Origin: Azolla caroliniana
Taxonomy: Eukaryota > Plantae > Polypodiophyta
Length of the DNA stretch: 64,000 bases
Direction of reading: 5' to 3'
NCBI GenBank assembly: GCA_043228905.1
Contig: JBHGNT010000008.1
Coordinates: 11,656,001 to 11,720,000, forward strand
Shown here: piece after piece, positions 25,505 through 36,991 of the stretch
Position numbering within the stretch: position 1 is the stretch's first letter
How the letters are laid out: each line of letters opens with the position of its first letter
Translations under genes and position numbers: made by a program
Notes under the pieces: model-generated
Database searches by the model: none
What the model was told of the DNA's origin: nothing
The model's input: the letters and a program-made list of their open reading frames with translations, nothing else

Positions 25505-28500
25505 GTGTCTGTAAACGATTACTTGTGGAAGCGTTAGAAACAGAGAAAGTAGGGAATACACAGAGTACGCGGGAGACACACAGAGAGCAGAACTTCAAGT
25601 CTATATTCAAAAATATATAAAAACACCTTGTTGCCTACAACTGTGCTCAGTAGCACTATTTATAGAAGTCCTCGTGGGACTGACAGAAGTACCGCGTACT
25701 TCAATGCTCACACGAGCATCTAACACTTACTACGAGACTATAACTGCCTAATAGTCTAAACTAATACTAGGCTTCCAGTTACTGATTGGATTCGGCTAAC
25801 CGGCTCCCCAACTTACCGACTCTATTGCTTGCCGGCTCGGTTGCTCACCGGCTTACCGATCCGTCTCGCTCACCGGCTCAGGCTTATCTAGCCGATCCGG
25901 CTCCAGTTGAGCTTGCCGCCCAACACTCCCCCTCAAACTCAACTTGAGGTTGGATCCTAGTGTCAGCCTCTATGGCAGTCAGTTCTTCCAACCGACTTCT
26001 CCTGGCGTTGCTCTGCCTTGCTCGCGCTCCTCGTCCGGTCCGGTTCTGTTTGCCACGACCCTTCTGGTTCTGCGCGCCTCGACCTTCTCGGTCGACATGT
26101 CTGCTCAATAGGCCCCTCTCAGCTCCTTCACTGCTATGAATCCGGCGCTTGCCGATCCGTCGGTTCCTCCACGATGGCATCGACTTTCGTTGCATCCGTG
26201 TCTGCTTGGCCTCTAGTTGATTCGGTTCATCCGGATCCGTCTGTTGGTCCGAATTGGCTGTCCCCGTTTCATTCCAGCTCTTGTCCGAGTCGGTATCCTC
26301 TGACTCGTCTTTCGGTTTAAGGCCCTTCACCACATTAGACCACGTCCGGGTCTTGGCCTTGCTTCCATCCTCCTTGTCTTCCCCTCTTCCAGTTCTTCCC
26401 TTACCGGTGTCGGCAACAGTCTCTTTGCCTTTGCCCGTTCCGGCGGTGTCTTTGCCCCTTCTTCTCCCCTCAAGTGCAGCACGTTGAGATGCTGAACACC
26501 AAGCATGTCAGTAAAGTGTTGCACCCTGTCCGATCCAAGCGGCTTGGTGAAGATGTCGGCCACTTGCCGATCCGTGTGAACATACCGTAGTTCAACTTCA
26601 CCGCTCAGGACCCGCTCACGCACAAAGTGATAATGCACTTCAATGTGCTTTGTGCGAGCATGGAACACAAGGTTCTTGGAGAGTTGCATGTTGCTTATGT
26701 TGTCGCAGTAGACTAGAATCGGGGTCGGTACCTCGATCCGTAAGTCTTGCAGTAGTCACTGAAGCCAGATGGCTTCACAGGTGGCAATGGTAGCACCCCG
26801 ATACTCAGCCTCAGTGCTCGACAGAGCAATTCTTGGTTGCTTTTTGCTGCTCCACGTAACAGTCGCGCTACCTAGGGAAAACATGTAACCGGAGGTTGAT
26901 CGATGATCTGATGCATCGCCGGCCCAGTCAGCATCTGTGTAACCGACAAGCTCTTCGGGTATACCTTGCCGGTATAACAAGCCTTGGTCCTTCGTGCTGC
27001 TAACATACCGCAATATCCTTTGCGCGCACTGAAGGTGCTCCACGGTCGGCTTCTGCATGATTTGACTTATCATTCCGACCGGATAGCTAATGTTAGGGCA
27101 TGTGATAGTTAGGTAAATAAGGCTTCCGACAATTTGTCGGAACCGTTGCTCGTTGCAGGCCGGTCCGGAGTTGGGACGAAGCTTCTAGTTCCGGTCCAAG
27201 GGTGTGGAGACAGGTCGGCATTCTGTCATGCCAAACTTGTACAGCTTATTCAAGACGTAATGTTGTTGTGAGAGCAATATGCCATCCGGGGTTCGGATCC
27301 CTTCGATCCCTAGAAAATAATGAAGGTCCCCCAGATCCTTCATCTCAAATGCATCCGACAACTGGGACTTGACGTGGTTGATTTCTCGAACTCTTGGTCC
27401 GGTGATGACTAGATCATCAACATACAACAGTATACATACCGGACCGGCTGAGCCTTGCCGGATGAACAATGAAGAGTCCGATTTGGAGGCCACAAACCCC
27501 ATCTTACACAACCGAAGTGTGATCTTCGCAATCCAAGCTCGAGGGGCTTGCTTCAGGCCGTACACCGACTTCTTCAGCCGGTATATCGCCGACTTGTTCA
27601 TCTCCGATTCAAAGCCAGGGGGCTGAGTCATAAAGACTTCTTCTTCAAGATCACCCTGAAGAAACGCATTCTTCACATCCATTTGGTGAAGATGCCACCC
27701 CCTTGCTGCAGCAATCGCTAGCACCACACGAACCGTCGTCATCTTCACTACCGGAGCGAAGGTCTCGTCGTAGTCGATTCCGTGGGTCTGCGCGTATCCC
27801 TTCGCCACTAACCGGGCTTTATACCGGTTAACAGAACTGTCGGCGTTGTACTTTACCTTGTATATCCACTTGCATCCGATCGGGTTATAGTGACGAGGAG
27901 GGTCAACCAGGTCCCATGTCTTGTTGACATCAAGAGCCCGCATTTCTTCTTCCATAGCGACACGCCAATTTGCGTCCTTGGCCGCTTCTGCGTAGCTCTC
28001 CGGCTCACGCACTTCCGCCACCTTAGTCATGTACGCATAGTGATGCGCCATGTACTCATTGTACCCGTACCGCTTGACGGGATCCTTCTGGCGGGTGCAC
28101 CGACGTAACTCACTGTTAACACGTTCGCGTTCACAAGTGGAAGGATTGCGCATTCCACTTGTAGAATCTTCTTAAAATGAAGCAAATACACCCTCTCTAC
28201 AAAAATTGGATGCACTAGTATCACATGTTCCTCAACTTGATGAGAATTTGCAAATATAAAAATACATGATAGGTCTACGAGTGGAGATCATTAGAAATCA
28301 TGCAAGTTTAGACGCATTGATAAGTTAATGTAGGCATAATAAAGTTCAACAATGGCTCAATATGTCACTACTGTGCGACAAGGGAAACACTAACTTAAAG
28401 ACTTATATTAATTAGGTAAGTTTTACAAAAATATCAGGTGTACTTGTATCCATACTAATAAAATGAGTTATAATTTATACTTTGACCCATACGTGCATGT

Positions 28501-29163
28501 ATGTAATTGTGGAAAATGTAGGATAGTGCACATTAGGATAAGTGATTGGAATAACTAACTTATTAAAGTATTCAATACTTGTATTTAAAGTTGATCTAAT
28601 CTATTCCTCAGTTTGTTCATATGGGATCAAACCATATGTATATAATTGTGGACAATGTAAGGTAGTGAACTTTAGGATAATGTCGTGGAAATAACAAACC
28701 TATTAGGCTTTCATACCTGTATTTAAAATTGATCTACTCTATTGCTTAGGTGATTCACACAGGATCAAACTCCGAACGATAACACAACTGGAACCATTAT
28801 CAACACACTACACAATCTAAGCAGCAATGGAATAGAAACATAATAGTTTTAACAATAGAAGACAAAGATCCATAATAACAACATGGACAGTCATGGCAAC
28901 AATTGTGGGGCCATGTTCTGTTAAGGTTAGCTTGGACCAAAATCAGCCTCAATTTAAACTAATTCATGTTTCTCCATAAATTTGGTAGTCAGCTATGCAC
29001 GCGGTGAAACCAATGTCATAAATCTACTAACCAAGTATATAAAAATAAAATTGAAACATATAGAAGATTATAAAGAATAGAATCCACTAGGTAAAACCCA
29101 AAATTTGTATTATTAATGTGAAATCCTAACAAATCGTTAGTGTCATTTTCTTCATAGAGTCTA

Positions 29164-32100
29164 TTACATAGCAATCAATTCATCAACGTCATTTTCTTCA
29201 TCATCTTGTGTAGAACTCTCTTCGGCTATACGTGCATTGGCTTCCCCTGTTAGCCGAGCCAACGAGATATCTTCTATAAGCTCATCATCAAGCTCTATTA
29301 GCTCCCTCGGTTCGCCGGCTAACGGAGGAATAGGCTCTCGCGAAGCAGGTTGAAACCTTTCTGTATTAGTGAGGTTCTTTGCACCGACCTCCTCATCCTG
29401 GTCTGGGCACTCCCACAAAGCCTTAATCCGCATATTAATAAATATAACTTGGTCCTCGTCCTTCTCCAATGCAACTGTATTTCTAAAAAGCTTCAATGCA
29501 CATGCAGATGTCGTTCCTATGATGTAAGTAACAAGAAGATTTAGTTGTCAAACGAAAAAAAAAGGGATTGGTTATCTCAAGATCGTTACCCTAGTTCGAG
29601 GAATACCTGTGCCAGAAAAGAGATCTAATATCCAGTCTCCTTCGATAGAAAACATCTCGATCAAGCGCATCATAAGTTGTTGAGGTTTTTGATATGGGTT
29701 GACAAGTCCTCGTTCTGTCGTGGTGACATGTCGCAATTTCCGTGTCACTGCTGGATATACCAACAGATTTGAACCTCCCACTTCATTAGAATGCTCCTTG
29801 ATTCTCTGTTTCTTAATTTCATCGAAGTAGCCAACCGTGATGTATTCAATGGCATTAATGAACCGAAAAGTTGGCCCTCTATTTACATTGGTCTTGATCC
29901 TATAAAAAATAATACATCGAGTTAAGAATAGATTGAACAACCTTAAAAAATGCAATATAGTGAAAGACACCTATAAATAATCCTTACCATGCAAGGTTCT
30001 CGATGCCATGGCAATGAGATCTCAAAGCTTGAGCTACCGAGTATCCTTGGTCCATACTATGAAAGACAACTATTCGCCACAAGGATGCAGTCGTTAGCTC
30101 AGCGAAATCCTTGACCATCTTCTCCAATTGTTTAAACCTAAACGGTTCATCGTCGTATGATGACCCAACCATTCGAAATCCGTAAGGAATATCTGCAATC
30201 ATTAGCATATATTCCTTCTTTGGCACCTTTTGGATCAAGTCGAGGACATCACCGCAAACCACATTGTAGTAAAGATCTCTCGTAATATCTTTTTTGTGGC
30301 TAAAGTTTTTAAAGGAGCCATCTTCCTCCATTTCATACGCCTTGACTAAGCGATGATCCTTTTCTTTTCTGGCTCGCTCGAGATGTGCAAGGAAGGATGT
30401 AGGGAAATCGTGTATATCCTTAACTTCTCCGTGTTTCTTGCCTCGACACGGTTTCTAATAGAAGCAATAGGACATAAGGTATTATTATACAAGCTCTACA
30501 TATAATGAAAGGGTAATGAAAAACCATCAATACTAACCCAATCCTTGAATGCAATAAAATACTCTGATAACGCCTTATATGAAGATGTTAGAGGATAATC
30601 CTTGGTCACTTGTTCCCAAGTTATACATCCAAGTTCTTTCATCATAACTTCTTGGATCTTCATGTACACCTTATGACTGTAAAATTAGAAATCAAGATTA
30701 GAACTTTGAATTACACCATATAGACTACAATTTCAGTATTTGAAAGACTTACTTATTGAACTCAGTGACCATTTCTTCAAGGCTTAAATCTTTCGCCACA
30801 ACCCTTGACAAAACAGACACAAGAAGTTGCTCGTCCTTAATACCTTGCATCACTCTCCATAGAGACAGCTTCATGTCGTCTACAACTTCTTCAATTGTCA
30901 AGTCAATTTTCTTGGCGGCTTGTGACTTTAACTCTAGTTGAGGGTCAACCTTACATTTCTTTTGTCGTTGACCCTTTACCTCCTTATTCTCCCACATTGA
31001 GAAGATTTGATCTTGTAGGTCCCATACTTCTCCATCTCTAAATGCCAATTGAAACCAAGACTCGTATTTTCGAAGACCATCGGACTTAACATTATCATCT
31101 ACAACAATGCCGACTTCATGCAGACATTGACGTCGTAGGCCTGGATGTAACTTCACACCAAACTTTTGTTTCACGTCCAAATACTCGTGGTGGAAGAACT
31201 GTATACGCTCAATGGACGACATTTTTTGCCTATAGTCATTATCATTATTATGGTCCCATGCCAACAGCTTAGCCTCTTCGGTTGTGAGCCCAACATAAAT
31301 TTTGCACTCGGCATACTTGAAGAAGAAAGTCGTTGGATGTTCTCTCACAAGTTGCCGACGTGCCTCCGCTGAATGCGATCCACCAATGACAAAGTAATTA
31401 TATTGATCATGCTTTCTAATATCAAAATCTTCAATGGTTTCACATTCTTCAGGATCTACCATAACAATAAAAGGCACCACAGTGGCATGAGGATTAATTT
31501 TCATTTTTTTCTTGAGATTTTGAACATGCATACGGTGTGGCTCTCTAATCTCAAGTGATCGTTGACCTATTTTTTCATTAATAGGGGGCCGATGGATGTG
31601 TGTTATAGGCAAATTAAACACTTGCCCTTTCCTGACCAGTTTACGCTGCATTAACTCTCTCCTTATCTTATTCTGCTCGGATGACAAAACACCCGATGCC
31701 AGCTCAGCTCCTGGCGTCCCCTTATTATCCGCCTCTTTGTTTTCACTTGTTGAATCGGTGTCCGATATTTTGGATGTCTTCTTCTTTGGTGGTCTTGACT
31801 GGACTTTGGATACCCTTTTTGTGGCCTTCAATGGGGAGGGCACTTCATCTCTTAGAGTTACATGGCCTTGTATATAAGGCCTCAAGGTAACAATAAGTTT
31901 TTGTGAGCTTTCAAGATCTTTTTTGAACGCTTTTAGCCCACAAGATTCCTTTACTAAAAGATCTTCTAAAAGGAACACTTTACGTACCCCCTTGGAGCAC
32001 TCTATCATTACCAGTATGTTGGCCGAATCTGCATCTTCATAGTCAAATCGTAGAATACGACCATACATAAATGGGGTTTCCTTTCCAAGCTGCCCCTCCC

Positions 32101-33315
32101 CCTTCTTCTTTGTTGTATACAATACGACTTTTTTCTTTGAGTCGACATATTGCATACACCATTCCTTGTCCGTTAGATCACAGTCAGGAAGGTCTTCACC
32201 TCCAGTAGCGGCGACAAGTTTCTTTTGGCTAACGTCAATGTGTGGCTGAGATTTTGTCTCCTCGTTGAAGAGAAGCTTTTTTCCTCTCTTCATGGTCTCA
32301 GGAGCTACCTTGGTCTGGGCTTCGATTGGAGAACCCTGTATGCGAAGTTTTATTTTCTTCACGGGTCGGTCCGACAGGTTCTCAAACGACCTATTTAAGA
32401 AAGTACATGCAAAAACATAAGTTAGGTGGTCACGTAGATTAAGGTTGTATATTAAAATATAAATAAGAAGACGAAGAACAGTTCTCACTAGCAGGCGATT
32501 AGTGGGGAAGTGAAAATATCAATCATGCATTCAGAGTACATGGTAGTCCTATATTCAAAAATCCATTCTAGGCAGGGCTATTCAAACTAGAAAATATATA
32601 TCGTAATAAGTAAACAGGGTTATATATTCTTTTAAAGAGGAGGTATGACTTATATAGATTCCAGACCTATATTGAGGAGAATTTGCTATCATAAAGGTAA
32701 TTTGTGGGTTATTTTCTACTCTTTTAAGAAAATAGTAGGTCATAAAACACCTATAATTAGGGCATGTTTTTCTAAAAAGTAAGGCAAGTCAACATAAAAA
32801 AGACTAATTTTGACAAACAATTTGATATCTTTTCCACACAATAATTAATTGTTGCCTTCTTTTATACAGGAACTCGATACAGCGTATCGAGTTCCAGTTT
32901 AAAGTTTAGGTTTTAAACAGGAACTCGATACGGCGTATCGAGTTCCTGTTTAAAAAGCAAAGGAAACACAGGAACTCGATATGGCGTATCGAAATCACAA
33001 GAACTCGATACGCCGTATCGAGTTCCTATTTAAAGTTTACGTTTTAAACAGGAACTCGATACGTCGTATCGAGTTCCTGTTTAAAGTGTAAGTTTTAAAC
33101 AAGAACTCGATACGTCGTATCGAGTTCTTGTTTAAAAAGCAAAAAGAAAAATATGAACTCGATACGCCGTATCGAGTTCTTGTATAAAGTTTGTATTGTA
33201 TACAAGAACTCGATACGGCGTATCGAGTTCTTGAGTGACAAAACATATTTACAAAAATGTCCACAGTGTTAGAGGCCTACCTGGAGTCCTCGCGCTCGAT
33301 TCTCTTTGAAGACAT
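29164..33315 (-). CDS. Six-exon gene, ~974 aa: ParB/Srx-like domain fused to a beta-class N6-adenine/N4-cytosine DNA methyltransferase
   Basis: Exons 33315-33281, 32390-30753, 30676-30538, 30454-29988, 29899-29607 and 29516-29164; all introns GT-AG; total 2925 nt, frame open. MTase motifs in beta order: CGDVLDLI, ADIPYG (IV), AWIK, EYITVGY, PYQKPQQLMMRLIEMFSIEGDWILDLFSGTGTT (X-I), ALEKD. ParB-like part: HVQNLKKKM...PFIVMV...YFVIGGSHSAEARRQL...EEAKLLAWDHN. Confidence 0.85.
32869..33231. repeat. Array of eight 25-bp palindromes GAACTCGATACG-N-CGTATCGAGTTC, mostly 51-52-bp period, in intron 1 of the MTase gene
   Basis: Copies start near 32870, 32921, 32972, 33001, 33052, 33103, 33155 and 33206, separated by A/T-tract linkers (TTTAAA). 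Confidence 0.95.
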
Positions 33316-33448
33316 GGTTGATCGTGTGGCAATGGAGGCGGAGATCGCACTTTTGTGCTTCGTGCTCTGTGTGCTTTGTGTGCTTTGTGTGCTCTATACG
33401 CTCTGTACGCTCTTGTGTGCTCTTGTGAGTGAAATATGACGAGGTCTT

Positions 33449-33460
33449 CCTATTTATAGG
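33449..33460 (-). promoter_or_regulatory. Putative TATA box of the ParB-MTase gene
   Basis: CCTATAAATAGG on the minus strand, ~135 bp upstream of the predicted ATG at 33315. Confidence 0.55.
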
Positions 33461-34190
33461 GATTGACCACATTGGTTAAACTAACCATAGTCACCTTAAC
33501 CAAGGTTGGTAAGTTTGAGGATAGTTAGTTGGTAACCACAGTGACATTAACTAGAGTAACTTATGATTGCATTAATTAGAATAACTTATGGTAACCACAG
33601 TGACATTAACCACAAAGTCAAACTAACATATTGATCAATCTTTTATAGTGATAACAACCTACAATGACTTCAAAGGTCATGAAGGAGATAATGATAGAGG
33701 TTCATGAATGTACCAATGATTGATTACTAAAAGCAACAATTTTTATGACTCTCAAATGTTGTGTATAAGATGTGGGCATGAATTAACCAATGATTGATAA
33801 GTCTAATATTTAAAATGGTGAGCATTAAAGAACCAATGAGTGAGAGGTTCTATATCAAATATGGGTGCCATTAATTAGCCAATGATTTTAACATTAATCC
33901 AACATATTTATGGCTTGGTAATGATTAGATTTATATTATACTTGATTTAACTTCATATAGATGTAGTTTAAATAATAATTGATATTTTAAATACAATTAC
34001 TATATTAAAAATAAATTTTTTATGTATTGTATTAATATAATATTACATAATATAGACATTCTATTGATTTGGCTTTTGTTTAGAGAGAAGTTTATGTTTA
34101 GAGAGGAGTATATGTTTAGAGAGGAGCTTATTAGTTTTTTTTCCTTACCCTAAGGACATAACTTACAGAGCCCTATCTAGACCTTAAGCC

Positions 34191-36991
34191 ATGAGTGAAG
34201 ATTCATCGTTCTCGATTGAAGAATATTGTTTGTCATTAGACTCATCGTTTTCTACTGAAGAGTATTGTTTGTCGACAGAATCACCATATTCTATTGAAGA
34301 ATATTGTCTGTCAATAGACTCACCATATTCTATCGAAGAATATTGTCTGAGCTCATCTACAGGGAATGTAAATAATGACACATGTGAAGAGTTCTCTATT
34401 AAAGAATACGATATTAATAAAGATATGGAGAATGAAGGTAGTGCCAAGGAAACATTGAATAACATTGACGATGGTCACAACAAAGAATTAGATTGTAACA
34501 AGGTTACACCAACCTCTATGTAGGAAGAGAAATCTGGGAGCCCTATGCATATTAGAAGAATCCCACGAAGAATTCGTCTAGCTAGATTTAGCTTGGTGAC
34601 ATCAGATAAACATATTGGATTTGATGTCAAAAAAATATGTTGTGCCCGTGGTTGTATGTCTATGATTGGAAAATCAAAGTTGCGAGAATTAAGGCAATTA
34701 TACTATTTTTCGATGACCGGTGATGAGCAAGACACTGACCTCGGGTCACATATGCAACTAGTATCTGACAAATGTACGGGGATCAAAGTATCATTCGAGT
34801 ATTATATCTTCCATGCGCAACAGATATGTAGAGTTGCATTCAAAATTGCGTTATGTGTTAGTAACATGCGGTTACATAGAGTACAACAATGTCTACTTAG
34901 CAGGGATCAGATGCTCAATTGTAAAGAGGTTCCAAGTATGAAAGGTGCAATTGGAAGACATGCTATTGGTTGGATGAAAACTCACTTTTAGTTAAATTGT
35001 GAAGTAATGCCCACTACAGGTAGGATGCACCTTTCTGATAATTATACACGTCGGGAAGTTTATGATGTCTATCGATCTGATATGCTGGGCTCACGTAATA
35101 AGTCTATCACCTATAACCAATTCACAAGATTATGGAGAGCTCGGTTTTCAAATGTTATCATTCCTCGTAAAGTACGTATGGGGTATTGCTCCATTTGTGC
35201 AAATCTTAAAAGTTTGGCTAAAGGTGCAAAGACATCAATGGAAAAGGATATGAGTAAGAAGTTACTACAAGAGCATCGTGAGGCACAATCCTTAGAACGA
35301 AAGAAGGCGATGCATCATAGAGAGAAGTGTTTGAAGAGGCCCGAACAATACATGTGCTTAATGATAGATGGCATGGACCAGAAGAAGATGTGCTTGCCGC
35401 ATATGCGGAGGCTCCCCAAAGATGTCAATGATGAGTGCCTTGTTCAAATGCACTTGGTGGGATGCTTGGCTTATAATAGGTCTATTGGACCTCATGTCTT
35501 CATTACATATCCCAATGTTCACAATGACCCTAACCTAACAGTTACAGTCATTCACCGAGTTTTGATGTCTTGGGGCCAACCTTTCCCCCTTGTTGTATAC
35601 ATTCAATTGGACAATACTGCTAGAGAGAACAAAAATTCAACTATATTTGGCTATCTAAGTATGTTGGTCAACCAAGAATTGTTTAGGAAAGTGAAAGTCA
35701 ATTTTCTTTTGGTTGGCCACACACATGACCATATAGATCAGATGTTTAGCACATTCTCCAGACAATTGTCTCGGCATGATGCTTTCACTTTACCTAAACT
35801 ATTTGATGTCATTTGTGATGCATATAGACCACGCCCAAAAGTGTTACACTTGAAGGAGGTATATGACTTTAAGAGATATATATCAGATGGGGGTGGTGGG
35901 AATGTTAAAGTGCTTGCTCAGTTAAAAAATATAAGTTTCAATCACATTTTTATGATAAAGAAAAATGGAATAAGTGGTTCTACACTTTTGTATGCTAAAC
36001 AATATTCATCTTCTACAACATGGGAACCTGAAGGTGGTTGCCGATTATTACTTTGTATGCCGAGTACAATTGTCCATGGAGCTAAGAAAATGCCAATTGA
36101 GAAGAAAGGACAGTTGTAGAGCGACTTGGTATCAAAAGGACAATTGTAGAGCAACTTGTGACAGTCATGGCTCCAAGCCTTAGAAGAAAAAAGAAAGCAT
36201 ATTGAGGCCGCCAAGAAATATGCCGCACAACAAGACACGTCATGGTGGGATGTATTTTATAGTGATCAAAAAGGAATTATAGACAATTGTGTATCTGGTG
36301 ATAATTGGAATTTGGAAATGCCATTCACATGGTCGCTGCAACATGATCGTGTAAATAGAACTCTGGAGCAACTAGCAAATGCGATTAATGACAGCTTAGT
36401 CCATCCACAACAAAGAGACATTTATGTGGGACCAAGGATGACCAAAGCAGCCAAAGCTAGATGGCAAGGCAATTTGCAAGAGCTCACCGCGGGGATGTTG
36501 ATTGCAACGTCGGCTGATGAGAACTCACATGGCCACCAATTTTGGGTTGGTAAAATTCTAGAAGTGCTAATGCATGAAATAGAAAACACGATCAAGTCTA
36601 TACATGTTCATTGGTACAACACTAGAAGTGCAAATGCTTTTACAGGTAAGTATACATTGGAGATGATGAATGCCCAACAAGTAGGGGAGGTAGGAAGAGG
36701 AAGCGAAACATTCGTAACACCTCGACCCTTGATATCTCTGATGTGGATATCATTGTGTACGACTTCACACTTACAAAAGCCGGACGATTAAGGAAGTCCA
36801 CAATAGATATAATAAAAGAAAAATTACCAAGTCTACAAGGTGGCTCGAGTCAAAGGCAAACGAGATTTGCTACATATAATCTAGAGTCAAACCATTTGGT
36901 TTATGATGAAGATAATGCACTGATTGGTACATCCGAGGATGATGAGGAGGAATCGTCATTGTATATTAGTTATAGTAGTGATTCTCCGTAA
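34191..36991 (+). pseudogene. DDD-type transposase (Sola-like), interrupted by in-frame stops and a late frameshift
   Basis: CSIC...H zinc motif, IDGMDQ, QLDNTARENKN and FLLVGHTHDHIDQMFS. ORFs 34191-34523, 34545-34991, 35007-36119 and 36312-36791 share one frame. The N-terminus has four 13-aa repeats (SxxSIEEYCLSxx). Confidence 0.8.

Noticed and set aside
32391-32488. N-terminus of the 579-aa ORF as given in the ORF track
   Set aside because: It is an AT-rich intron end (acceptor at 32391). The upstream exon 33281-33315 supplies an in-phase ATG.
32869-33231. CRISPR array
   Set aside because: The linkers resemble each other rather than being unique spacers, the repeats are full palindromes, there are no cas genes, and the array lies in a spliceosomal intron.
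33700-33890. Four spaced CCAATGA motifs as a transposase promoter
   Set aside because: Plausible CCAAT boxes, but too short and common to support without transcript data.
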